A DNA stretch of 64,000 nucleotides from Nitrospirota bacterium (GTDB lineage Bacteria; Nitrospirota; Thermodesulfovibrionia; Thermodesulfovibrionales; UBA9159): positions 1 through 64,000 of the forward strand of contig CAVOUE010000010.1 of NCBI GenBank assembly GCA_963699545.1, given 5' to 3'. This document shows positions 29,271 to 39,201 of the stretch, piece after piece. Position numbers and translations under genes: made by a program. The stretch's first letter is position 1, and each line of letters opens with the position of its first letter. Below the pieces are notes generated by a model. It made no database searches and had not been told where the DNA came from. It worked only from the letters and a program-made list of their open reading frames with translations.

Positions 29271-29993
29271 TCAGAACTTGATCCCGAAATCCGGCATGAG
29301 GCTCGTGAGTTCCCTCACCCTGTTTGTAAGGAGCATGATGCCGAAGAGTATAAGCAGGAGACCGCTGGTGATCATGATCCCGCGCATGTATTTCATCAGT
29401 CTCCGGGAATAGCTGAGAAAGCTGTTGATGGCAAGCGATGAGATAAAAAAGGGCAGGGCCAGACCAAGGGAGTATGCCGCCAGGAGCTTGATCCCGCTCA
29501 GCGCAGAACCCTGCGTGCTTGCATAGAGGAGGATAGTCCCGAGGATCGGGCCGATGCACGGGGTCCAGCCCGCTGCAAAGGTCATCCCCACCAGGAACGT
29601 CCCCACATATCCCATAGGTTTCCCGGTAAGATGCATCTTCTTTTCCTTCATAAGAAAATCCATCTTGAGAAATCCTGCAACAAAGAACCCGAAGACGATG
29701 ATGAGAATGCCTCCGATGATCCTGATCCACTCCTGATACTCGAACAAGAATTTTCCGATGGCGGAAGACGACGCCCCGAGGGCCATGAATACCGCAGAAA
29801 ACCCCGCGATAAAAGAGACGGAATTGGTTATGGTGAGATGCCGTATCCGTTTCCTGTCCACGCCTCCGGTGAGGTCCTCAAAGGAAATCCCGGTGATGAA
29901 GGACACGTAGGAGGGGAAAAGGGGCAGAACGCACGGAGAGAGGAAGGAGAGGAAACCCGCCAGAAATGCCAGGGGCAACGAAACGTCCTTCAC
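29271..29993 (-). CDS. ccdA: Cytochrome c biogenesis protein CcdA
   Basis: SFLSPCVLPL and GWTPCIGPILG. Confidence 0.92.
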   Translation of the reverse strand: MKDVSLPLAFLAGFLSFLSPCVLPLFPSYVSFITGISFEDLTGGVDRKRIRHLTITNSVSFIAGFSAVFMALGASSSAIGKFLFEYQEWIRIIGGILIIVFGFFVAGFLKMDFLMKEKKMHLTGKPMGYVGTFLVGMTFAAGWTPCIGPILGTILLYASTQGSALSGIKLLAAYSLGLALPFFISSLAINSFLSYSRRLMKYMRGIMITSGLLLILFGIMLLTNRVRELTSLMPDFGIKF

Positions 29994-30003
29994 GGTTTAT
30001 CCC

Positions 30004-30492
30004 CTATGTCCTCGCGCATTCAGAGGTGTCTCCCTTAATTTTTTCTACGGCATGAGGAATGATATCCATGATCACCTCAAGATTCTCTTTCACCGCACCG
30101 GGGCTTCCGGGGAGGTTTACGATCAGTGTCTGACCTCTCACCCCTGCCACGGCCCTGGAGAGCATGGCCCTCGATGTCTTCTTCAGCCCCTCCGACCGCA
30201 TGGCCTCGACTATGCCTGGGACCTCCCTGTCGATGACCTCAAGGGTTGCATCCGGCGTAACGTCACGCGGGCTGAGCCCCGTGCCCCCGGTGGTGAGGAT
30301 CAGATCCACTTTCAGGGAGTACTCAAGCAGTTTTTCCCTGATCATCTCCTTTTCGTCGGGCAATATCTCATAATGCCTCACTTCAGCGCCGATCCCCCTG
30401 AGCATCGCTCCGATCGCAGGTCCGCTCAGGTCTTCCCTCTCTCCCTTCGAACCCTTGTCGCTTAATGTCAGAACAGCGACCGTTATCATCAT
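30004..30492 (-). CDS. mog: Molybdopterin adenylyltransferase MogA/MoaB
   Basis: REDLSG, TTGGTGLSPRDVTPDAT, SRAVAG, NLPGSP. Confidence 0.9.
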   Translation of the reverse strand: MMITVAVLTLSDKGSKGEREDLSGPAIGAMLRGIGAEVRHYEILPDEKEMIREKLLEYSLKVDLILTTGGTGLSPRDVTPDATLEVIDREVPGIVEAMRSEGLKKTSRAMLSRAVAGVRGQTLIVNLPGSPGAVKENLEVIMDIIPHAVEKIKGDTSECART

Positions 30493-30935
30493 ACACCGAC
30501 ACTTACACGAATACTGTCGCCGATCTTCACTTTCCCGCCTTTCACGATCCTCACGAAAATCCCTTCCTTCGGCATCACGCAATCCCCTGCCTGATAATAG
30601 ATGGCGCAGCGGGTATGACATTCCTTCCCTATCTGGCTCACCTCGGCTTCGATCCCGTCCCCGATCATCAGATGGGTCCCCACGGGAAGGGAAAGAAGAT
30701 CTATGCCTTCGGTAGTGATGTTCTCTGCAAAGTCCCCGGGCTTGACATCAAGCCCGAGATCCTGCATCTTCTTTATGCTCTCCAGAGCAAGGAGGCTCAC
30801 CTGCCTGTGCCATTCTGAGGAGGCATGGGCATCGCCTTCGATGCCGTATTCGGCCCTGAGCATTACTTCCCCAACCGGGTTCTTTCTGACCCCTTTTCTC
30901 TCGCTGATATTAATGGAAATGATTTTCCCTGGCAT
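30489..30935 (-). CDS. MOSC domain protein
   Basis: GDAHA, RQVSLL, GDFAENITT, QIGKECH...C...C.MPKEG. Confidence 0.9.
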   Translation of the reverse strand: MPGKIISINISERKGVRKNPVGEVMLRAEYGIEGDAHASSEWHRQVSLLALESIKKMQDLGLDVKPGDFAENITTEGIDLLSLPVGTHLMIGDGIEAEVSQIGKECHTRCAIYYQAGDCVMPKEGIFVRIVKGGKVKIGDSIRVSVGV

Positions 30936-30995
30936 ATTTTCTCGCTCCTTGGCTTCTAAAATAACACAAATAAGAAGGGGAAGTCAGCACATCCT

Positions 30996-31709
30996 CTATT
31001 TTGTTTCAGGTCCTTCATTTCCAGGCAGGACATCCCCCGTAGCGCAAACAGGCAGAGAACTCCCCTTCCTTGCGCTGAGCCTGGCAATGGCGTACATCGC
31101 CGCTGCCAGCACTACCAGACTTATAAGGATCACCGCCGGGCTCCAGATGTGTTTCGGGAGGTTTTCATAGAGCCCGTAAACGCCGAAGGCTATGAAGACA
31201 AGTGCCGCCGTCCATTTAATAAACCGTTCAGGGATACGCCTGCCCATGACATTGCCGATAATGATACCGATAGCATTCGAAATGACCATGCCGATCGTCG
31301 TTCCCATCCAGACCGTGATGACAGTGTTGTACTCAACGGCAAGGGCGATGGTTGCAAGCTGGGTCTTGTCGCCCATCTCCGCCATAAAAAATCCTGCGGT
31401 AACTGTCCAGAAGGGGCTGAAATTGTACCGCTTGTCCTCGTCGTGGAGGGTATCCCCGCGGATTGTCCAGAGGCCGAAAACGATGAACGATGCAGCAGCC
31501 GCGCTGTTTATATAGGCCAGCGGAACAATGGCAGCAAGGTAATTGCCTGCGGCTGCGGCCAGCAAATGGTTGGCTGCTGTGGCCACAAATACTCCCCACA
31601 TGACCGTCTGCCATCTGAACTTGCAGGCAAATGCCATGGCCAGAAGCTGGGTCTTGTCACCCATCTCTGCCAGAACCACAAAGACGAAAGAGGCCAAAAA
31701 AGCCTTCAT
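30996..31709 (-). CDS. TMEM165/GDT1 family Mn2+/Ca2+ transporter
   Basis: Two EMGDKTQ motifs. Confidence 0.92.
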   Translation of the reverse strand: MKAFLASFVFVVLAEMGDKTQLLAMAFACKFRWQTVMWGVFVATAANHLLAAAAGNYLAAIVPLAYINSAAAASFIVFGLWTIRGDTLHDEDKRYNFSPFWTVTAGFFMAEMGDKTQLATIALAVEYNTVITVWMGTTIGMVISNAIGIIIGNVMGRRIPERFIKWTAALVFIAFGVYGLYENLPKHIWSPAVILISLVVLAAAMYAIARLSARKGSSLPVCATGDVLPGNEGPETK

Positions 31710-31722
31710 GGAATATTCCCTT

Positions 31723-32895
31723 TCACGAAATTGAGATCACTCCCCCTGCGATCACCATATCCCCGTCGTAAAAGACCGCGCTCTGTCCCGGCGCAGGAGC
31801 CCACTGGGGTTCGTTATACACAACGTGCACCCTCCCGTCATGCAGGAGGGAAAGGGTCGCAGGTTCGTCCCTCATCATGGAGCGCACCTTAACGGAAGCC
31901 CGGAAGCTCGATACCCCCCCCACCCCCCCCTTGCTAAGGGGGGGCAACGGGGGGGTAAAAAGGGGAACGGAGGGATTAAGCCAATTTATCCCGTCAACAA
32001 CAAACTCTTTGATCATCGCCGCCTCCCTTGGGCCTACATACACCGCATTGCTGAGGGTATCGAGCTTCACCACGTAGAGGGGTTCGGGAGAGGAGATACC
32101 GAGTCCTTTCCGCTGACCGATGGTGTACGAATGGATACCTTTATGGGTGCCCATGACCGTCCCGCTGTCAACATGAATGAGAGGGCCCGGACCCCGCTCC
32201 TCAGGCAGGAGCTTGTCAATGAATCTGCAGTAGTTCTTATCGTCCACAAAGCATATCTCCTGACTCTCGGGTCGCTTTGCCGCAGGGAGGTCCAGCAGCC
32301 TCGCGATCTCCCTCACCTCGTCCTTCCTTTTCTCTCCCAGTGGAAGTATGAGACGGCTCAACTCCCCAGGTCTCAGGACATAGAGCACATAGGATTGGTC
32401 TTTCTTCGGATCAACGCCTTTTTTTAGTAACATGCGACGAGTGACGAGTGAGGAGTCTCCTATTTCTTGGTCTGACTTGTTACTTGTTACTTGTAACTTG
32501 TCACTTCTGTCAACCCGTGCGTAATGCCCTGTGGCTATGAACTCGGCGTTCCTTTCGTCGGCATATTTCATGAGATAAGGGAACTTTATGTGCCGGTTGC
32601 AGAGGATGCAGGGATTCGGGGTCACCCCCTTTGCATATGCAGCAATAAAAGGCTCAATGACCTGGACCATGAATTCCTCTCTCAGATCCATGGTCGTATG
32701 GGAAACGCCGATTCGCGCCGCGGTCCTTCTGGCGTCATTTATGGATTCTATGGAACAGCAGCCGGAGAAGGTATTCCTGAGTCTCGCCTCATACAGGATG
32801 AAACTCAGCCCTTCCACCTCATATCCCTGCTCTTTCAGGAGGTATGCGGTCACCGAGGAGTCGACCCCTCCGCTCATGCCCACGATCACCTTCAT
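31723..32895 (-). CDS. mnmA: tRNA 2-thiouridine(34) synthase with two in-frame repeat insertions
   Basis: MSGGVDSS, TPNPCILCN, ATGHYA, KDQSY, ESQEICF, TIGQRKGL, PGQSAVFY. Confidence 0.95.
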   Translation of the reverse strand: MKVIVGMSGGVDSSVTAYLLKEQGYEVEGLSFILYEARLRNTFSGCCSIESINDARRTAARIGVSHTTMDLREEFMVQVIEPFIAAYAKGVTPNPCILCNRHIKFPYLMKYADERNAEFIATGHYARVDRSDKLQVTSNKSDQEIGDSSLVTRRMLLKKGVDPKKDQSYVLYVLRPGELSRLILPLGEKRKDEVREIARLLDLPAAKRPESQEICFVDDKNYCRFIDKLLPEERGPGPLIHVDSGTVMGTHKGIHSYTIGQRKGLGISSPEPLYVVKLDTLSNAVYVGPREAAMIKEFVVDGINWLNPSVPLFTPPLPPLSKGGVGGVSSFRASVKVRSMMRDEPATLSLLHDGRVHVVYNEPQWAPAPGQSAVFYDGDMVIAGGVISIS

Positions 32896-33082
32896 GGTGT
32901 TTTATAATAACAGAAGTGCTATAATACGGCAGGCGCTAAAAAGAAGTCCGGATTCTCTATTTAGGCAACGCTCCTCACTTTTCCCCGGTCAGTATAAGCG
33001 TGAATTTCGGTGGATTGCACACGCCTCTCCTGAGTGAACTCTGGTGAGGGTTGGGGCTCCGCCATCTTTCAAAGGAGTGATG

Positions 33083-34201
33083 ATGTCAGAATCTGTAGTT
33101 GCGTTGCCTCATCTTACCATTAAGGGGAAGAAAATAGCTGTCCCTATTATACAGGGCGGCATGGGTGTCGGGGTTTCCCTTCACCCCCTTGCGAGCGCTG
33201 TGGCAAGGGAGGGCGGCGTTGGTATTGTATCCAGCGCCTGCCTTGACAGGCTCGTTTCAAAGAGGACCGGGAAGAAATTTACCACCTATGAGGCCACATT
33301 CGATGAGGTCTCTCTTTCGAAGGCTGCCGGAGGGTATGCCGGCATAAACATCATGGTTGCCCTTGTCAGGGACTATGAAAGTTCCGTGAGGGGAGCCATT
33401 GACGCGGGAGCGGACGTTATTATCTCAGGCGCAGGGCTGCCGCTCGGCCTCCCCGCCATTCAGCCTCCTAAAGATACGGCGCTTATCCCCATTGTGTCGT
33501 CCGCAAGGGCGCTGGAGCTCATCTGCAAGAAATGGGGAAAATTGGGGTACCGTCCTGACGCCACGGTGCTTGAAGGCCCCCTGGCAGGCGGCCATCTCGG
33601 CTTCAAGATCGACTCAATAGACCTTGATTCCAATACCCTTGAGCGCCTTTTGCCGCCGGTCAAGGATATGGCGGTAAAATACGGGGATTTCCCTGTCATC
33701 GTCGCCGGCGGGATCTATACGCACGATGATATTGTGCGATTTCTGAAAATGGGTGCTGACGGCGTTCAGATGGGCACAAGGTTTCTTGCTACAGAGGAAT
33801 GCAGCGCTTCGCCGTTGTATAAGCAGGCGGTCATCGATGCTACGGAGGAAGATATTATTGTCGCACATGACCCCGGTTCTCCCTGCGGCCTGCCCTTCAG
33901 GATAATCAAGCAATCTCCCATGTATCTCTCTGCCCTCAAGCGGCTGAGAACACCCAAGTGCGACAAAGGATATGTGCTCTTGAAAGACGTTGAGGGCAAA
34001 TTTTCACGTTGCCCTGCAAAGGAGAGTAACGAACACACGTTCTGTATCTGCAACGGACTGCTCAGCTCCGCTGATTATAACCCGGAAGAAGAGGAACCTC
34101 TTTATACCGTGGGCACCAGCGCGTACAGGGTAGACCGGATCGTGCCGGTCAAAGCTCTCATGGATGAACTTGCAGGGAAAGCGGCCCTGTGCATGCCGTA
34201 A
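33083..34201 (+). CDS. Nitronate monooxygenase / FabK-like flavoprotein
   Basis: PIIQGGMGVG, EGPLAGGHLG, VAGGI, VQMGTRF, C-terminal Cys motif FCICNGL. Confidence 0.85.
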   Translation: MSESVVALPHLTIKGKKIAVPIIQGGMGVGVSLHPLASAVAREGGVGIVSSACLDRLVSKRTGKKFTTYEATFDEVSLSKAAGGYAGINIMVALVRDYESSVRGAIDAGADVIISGAGLPLGLPAIQPPKDTALIPIVSSARALELICKKWGKLGYRPDATVLEGPLAGGHLGFKIDSIDLDSNTLERLLPPVKDMAVKYGDFPVIVAGGIYTHDDIVRFLKMGADGVQMGTRFLATEECSASPLYKQAVIDATEEDIIVAHDPGSPCGLPFRIIKQSPMYLSALKRLRTPKCDKGYVLLKDVEGKFSRCPAKESNEHTFCICNGLLSSADYNPEEEEPLYTVGTSAYRVDRIVPVKALMDELAGKAALCMP

Positions 34202-34252
34202 CCCGGTTCTTTATCCGTACCCTCCCCCGCCTGACTTAAGGTATAATCTCTC

Positions 34253-36896
34253 ATGAATCTCTACCTCATCGACGGAAATTCATATGTCTATCGAGCCTTT
34301 TACGCCATAAAGAGTCTCGCCAATTCCAAAGGGTTTCCGACCAACGCCATTTACGGGTTCACCAATATGCTCCTCAAGATCATGAGAGAAAAAAAACCGG
34401 ATGGCATCGTTGTCTCCTTTGATTCCCCCGCCCCCACCGAAAGACACAGGATGTTTGAGGCATACAAGGCTCAGAGGCCGGAGACACCAGGAGAATTGGT
34501 ACTGCAGCTTCCCCACATCAGGAAGATGATCACTGCCTTTAATATAAAGATCTTCGAGGTTCCGGGGTATGAGGCGGATGATCTGCTCTGCACCATCGCA
34601 AAAAAGGCTACTGAGAAAGGAGCGAACGTCTTTATCGTGACCAGTGACAAGGACATGCTCCAGATCGTGGATGAGAGAATAAAGATATATGACCCGGTGA
34701 AAGACAGGGTGCTGGATGAGGAATATGTGAAAGAGAAATTCGGTGTCGGCCCCGAACGGGTAACCGAGTTCATGGCCCTGACTGGGGACGCCGTTGACAA
34801 CATCCCTGGGGTGAAGGGGATCGGCGAAAAGACGGCAAAGGAGCTGCTCCTGAACTTCAGGGACCTGGACGAGCTCCTGGATCATCCGGAGAAGATAAAG
34901 AAGGAGAGGCTCAGGACCCTCATTGCCGGGAACATTGAAATGGTCCGATTAAGCAAACAGCTTGCAACCGTAGACACTTCAGTGCCCATCGAAGTTGATG
35001 TGAATGACTTTGCGGTCGGCGAGCCTGACTGGCCTGCGTTGCTTACCCTCTTCCGCCAGTTCGAGTTCGGGAGTCTGCTGAAAATGATCCCCTCGGCAAA
35101 GAGCGCGAGGTGCTATGAGACGGTGCTGTCCATGGAGAAATTCGGAAATCTCCTGTCATCCATCAACAGCGCCTTTGCATTTGATATCGAGGCAACAGGG
35201 CGGGACCCCCTGCGGGACAGCATTGTGGGTCTCGCCATCAGCCGTGAAAAGGGGAACGCGTACTACATACCCTTCGGCCACTCTTACGGGCATGCTCCTG
35301 AACAGGTAGATAAAAGAGAGGCCCTGACACTGGCATCAGGGATATTCGGGAACGCTGATATACCGAAGGTCGGACATAACCTGAAATACGCCATCGCGGT
35401 GCTGAGACGGGAAGGGATCGAAGTCAGGGGGAAACTGTATGACGCGATGCTTGCGTCTTACCTCATCAACCCGAACAAACCTGACCACAGCCTTGGTGAT
35501 GTTCTCCTTCGAATATCTTTCGTACCGTAAAAAAACGTTCCAGGAAATCCTCGGGAAAAGGGGTTCGTTCTCCGGGGTTCCCGTGGAAGAGGCCACCGCT
35601 TATGCCGCCGAGGATGCCGCGCTGGCGCTGGAATTGAAAGATATCCTCTTTGAGAAGCTCAAGGAGCAAGGGCTTGACGGGCTCTATTTCGAGATCGAGA
35701 TGCCACTCATCCGTGTCCTGATGGAGATGGAAGAAGCAGGCTTCATGGTGGACGTGGAGAAGCTGAATGATATGTCCGGGGAGCTTTCACGGGAGATGGA
35801 CTCCATCCAGAGGAGGATCTATTTCCTTGCGGGGGAGGAATTCAATATCAATTCACCGAAACAGTTGAGCAAGGTACTGTTCCACAGCCTCGGACTGAAG
35901 CCGGGGAAAAAGACGAAGACCGGATATTCCACCGAGGTGGGCGTACTGGAGGAACTGGCCCTGACCCATGAACTTCCAAAAGAGATACTGGATTACCGGA
36001 GCCTGAGCAAACTGAAATCCACGTATACCGATGTATTGCCGAACCTCATCCATCCTGTGAGCGGGCGCATACACACTTCATTTAACCAGACGGTTACCGC
36101 CACCGGCAGGTTGAGCAGCAGTGAACCGAACCTCCAGAATATCCCCATACGGGGCGAATGGGGAAGACGCATCAGGGAGACCTTCATTGCGGAGGGAGAC
36201 AACCTGATCCTCTCCGCGGATTACTCCCAGATCGAACTGAGGATCCTTGCCCATCTCAGCCGGGATCAGGGGCTCATCAACGCATTTACCACGGGTGTGG
36301 ATGTCCATACAAGAACCGCCTCCGAACTATTCGGCGCAGCCTTTGAAAAGGTCACTCCGGCAATGAGAAGAGTTGCGAAGACCGTGAATTTTGGGGTTAT
36401 ATACGGCATCTCGCCCTTCGGCCTCTCAGAGGCACTGAACATCACCCCGGCCGAGGCAAAGAAGTACATTGACGGATATTTCGAGGGTCACCCCGGAGTG
36501 AAAGCGTATATAGAACAAACCCTGAAGGAAGCCAGGGAAAAGGGTCATGTGACTACCATGTTCAACAGGAAGAGGAACGTGCCCGAGATACAGAGCCAGA
36601 ACTCAAATACACGATCTCTGGGAGAAAGGCTCGCGGTAAACTCGCCCGTTCAGGGCACAGCCGCCGACATTATCAAGATCGCCATGATACACATAAAGGA
36701 CAGTTTTCATACCAGGGGACTCAGGTCAAGAATGATACTCCAGGTGCATGATGAACTCGTCTTTGAACTGCCTGAGGACGAACTGGATGAGGCCGGAGGG
36801 ATAGTGAAAGAGAAGATGGAAAATGTAGTGGATCTATCTGTCCCGCTGAAGGTCGAGATCGGCTACGGCAGAAACTGGGCCGAGGCCCACGGTTGA
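34253..36896 (+). CDS. polA: DNA polymerase I; frameshift near 35502
   Basis: 5'-3' exonuclease (LIDGNSY, YEADD), 3'-5' exonuclease, polymerase motifs (TGRLSS, DYSQIELR, QVHDEL) across two frames. Confidence 0.95.
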
Positions 36897-36913
36897 CCCC
36901 ACTTCAACTATTT

Positions 36914-37338
36914 CTATTCCCAGCTTGTAACGTCCTTGTCCTCTTTGTCTCCCCGGGAGCGCCATCTCGGCCATAGGAAAAGAGGTCGTATTCGCCGTGG
37001 GTGCCGGGTGACTGATACTGGTAAGGCCTGCCCCACGGGTCGAGAATCTGCTTCTTCTTGGCGTACGGTCCGTTCCATTGCTCTATGCCGGGACTGTCCA
37101 CAAGTGCGTCCAGGCCTTCCTGCGTCGTTGGGTATCTGTCGATATCCAACCTGAACCTGTCCAAGGCCTGGCCAAGAAGTTCGACCTGGGCCTTTGCCGC
37201 GTCCTGTTTGGCTTTACCGAGTTGAGGAAAAAGCTTGGGACCTACAAGAGCGGCGAGGAGTCCTATAATGACCATGACCACGAGGAGTTCCACCAAGGTG
37301 AAACCCCTTCTGTCTGATACGCGCGATCTTCTCTGCAT
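36914..37338 (-). CDS. gspG: Type II secretion major pseudopilin; frameshift near 36953
   Basis: GFTLVELLVV prepilin motif, YPTTQEGL, WNGPY, DPWG, SYGRDG; the DVTSWE end lies in a shifted frame. Confidence 0.9.
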
Positions 37339-37417
37339 TGTTCTCTCCTGTATTGACACTAATGTGTGGTTTCTTTAAGCTACCAATAAATCAAGGATAA
37401 GTCAATACGGAGGCCTC

Positions 37418-37852
37418 ATGAAATATCAGGTGGGAAAGACCGGAAGGATCATAGTGGCGCGGTTCGAAGACAGAGAAGATGTCCTCGGCAACCTTGCGGA
37501 CATCGTCAAAAAAGAGAATATCAGGGCTGCCGCATTCTATCTCGTGGGAGGCATGCGCGAGGCGAGGATCGTCGTCGGTCCGGAAAAAGATGTGATGCCC
37601 CCTGTCCCGGTATGGAGAGAACTGGGGGAAAGCCATGAAGTGACCGGTTTCGGGACCATCTTCTATCAGGGCGATGAGCCAAAGGTGCATTTCCACGGGG
37701 CCTTCGGCAAGAAGGATATGGTAAAGGTCGGCTGCATGAGGGAAAAGACGGAGACGTTCCTCGTGCTCGAGGCGGTGATCATCGAGTTGGACGGGATTAC
37801 TGCGGTCCGGGAATTGGATCCGGTGTCCGGATTGACGCTTCTGAAATTGTAG
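37418..37852 (+). CDS. PPC/DUF296 domain protein
   Basis: GFGTI, KVHFHG, TFLVLE. Confidence 0.8.
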   Translation: MKYQVGKTGRIIVARFEDREDVLGNLADIVKKENIRAAAFYLVGGMREARIVVGPEKDVMPPVPVWRELGESHEVTGFGTIFYQGDEPKVHFHGAFGKKDMVKVGCMREKTETFLVLEAVIIELDGITAVRELDPVSGLTLLKL

Positions 37853-38045
37853 GCATTTCCCAAACCAAACGCGGGGCGGGCAGAAGAAGAATTTTTGTAC
37901 GACACCTTATAAAAAAGACCTGTTGAGAAAGCGAGAGAAAGCCATAATCTTATACAGAAGAAGCTATGCCATATTAATATTATGTCGATTAGAAAAATTC
38001 TGAGGCTGGCTGTCCCGCGTGGTTTCTTTTGATGGGAGGTTCACT

Positions 38046-38558
38046 ATGGAAACCTTAAAGGCGGTTAAAGAGAGAAGGAGCATCAGGAGTTTTCAGAAAA
38101 AGGATATCCCCCGTAACCTCGTTGACAAACTCGTTGACGCATTGATCTGGGCGCCCAGCGCAGGCAACCTGCAGGCGAGGAAGTTCTATTTTATAGAGGA
38201 TGAGAAACTAAAAAGGGAAATCGTCCCAGCAGCCCTCGGGCAGGGCTTCATTGCGGAAGCACCCCTCGTGATCATTGCCTGCACGGACAACATGATCTCC
38301 GGCAGATATGGCGACAGGGGAGTGAACCTCTACTCGATACAGGATGTTGCAGCCAGCATCATGGGGATGATGCTCGTGGCACATGAAAACGGCCTTGGCA
38401 CGGTCTGGGTCGGAGCGTTCAGGGAAGACATGGTTATCGAGCTCCTTGATCTGCCCCACAACCTCAGGCCCGTTGCCATGGTCCCTGTGGGATACCCGGC
38501 ACGCATACCCTCGCCTCCGCAAAGGGTCTCACGACAGTCAGCGGTGGAGTTCAGGTAG
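38046..38558 (+). CDS. Nitroreductase family protein
   Basis: RRSIRSF, APSAGNLQ, GLGTVWVG, VGYP. Confidence 0.92.
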   Translation: METLKAVKERRSIRSFQKKDIPRNLVDKLVDALIWAPSAGNLQARKFYFIEDEKLKREIVPAALGQGFIAEAPLVIIACTDNMISGRYGDRGVNLYSIQDVAASIMGMMLVAHENGLGTVWVGAFREDMVIELLDLPHNLRPVAMVPVGYPARIPSPPQRVSRQSAVEFR

Positions 38559-38621
38559 AGAGTAGGAATCATCTCTTTCTGGAAAAGAAAAGCCTCACGG
38601 GCCTTTTGTGCCCCGTTTTTC

Positions 38622-38650
38622 TTGACATGACACCCCCCGCCTTCTATAAT
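38622..38650 (+). promoter_or_regulatory. Perfect-consensus sigma70 promoter
   Basis: TTGACA-N17-TATAAT. Confidence 0.75.
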
Positions 38651-38713
38651 CTGCACATAATGTGGAATACGCACAAAAAAATGTTGCATTACAGATAGAA
38701 GGAGAAGACGAAC

Positions 38714-39136
38714 ATGACCAAAAATGAAATATTTGGATTCCTGAATGCCAATCCCGTCTTCCATTTGGCAACGGTGGAGGGCAACAGACCCCATGTCAGA
38801 GGTATGTTGCTGTATCGGGCGGATGAAAACGGCCTGATATTCCACACAGGAAAGATGAAGGATATCCACAGGCAATTGACCGGAAATCCGCATGTGGAAC
38901 TGTGTTTTAACAACGGCAACTTCGAAGATCTTGTCCAAATACGGGTCAGCGGAACGGCAGAACTTGTGGAAGACCTCGAACTGAAGAAAGAGATAGTGCA
39001 GCAGCGTGAATTCCTGAAACCGTGGGTGGAGCAGAACGGATATGAACCGCTCGCGGTATACCGGATAAGCAAGGGTAAAGCCACGGCCTGGACCATGAAG
39101 GCCAATCTTGCACCGAAGGAGTTCACGGAGTTATAA
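38714..39136 (+). CDS. Pyridoxamine 5'-phosphate oxidase-like FMN-binding protein
   Basis: HLATVEGNRPHVR, K...QL..NP.VE, QIRVSG. Confidence 0.85.
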   Translation: MTKNEIFGFLNANPVFHLATVEGNRPHVRGMLLYRADENGLIFHTGKMKDIHRQLTGNPHVELCFNNGNFEDLVQIRVSGTAELVEDLELKKEIVQQREFLKPWVEQNGYEPLAVYRISKGKATAWTMKANLAPKEFTEL

Positions 39137-39201
39137 CTGTTTGACTATGTCGTTGCGAGGAACGCAAGAATGATGACCGTAACCGGCATGGCAGCGAATT
39201 G

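Noticed and set aside
31710-31722. yybP-ykoY Mn riboswitch before the GDT1 gene
   Set aside because: The gap is only 13 bp.
32930-33075. Riboswitch or ncRNA in the FabK-like leader
   Set aside because: Some pairing potential but no family consensus that I recognise.
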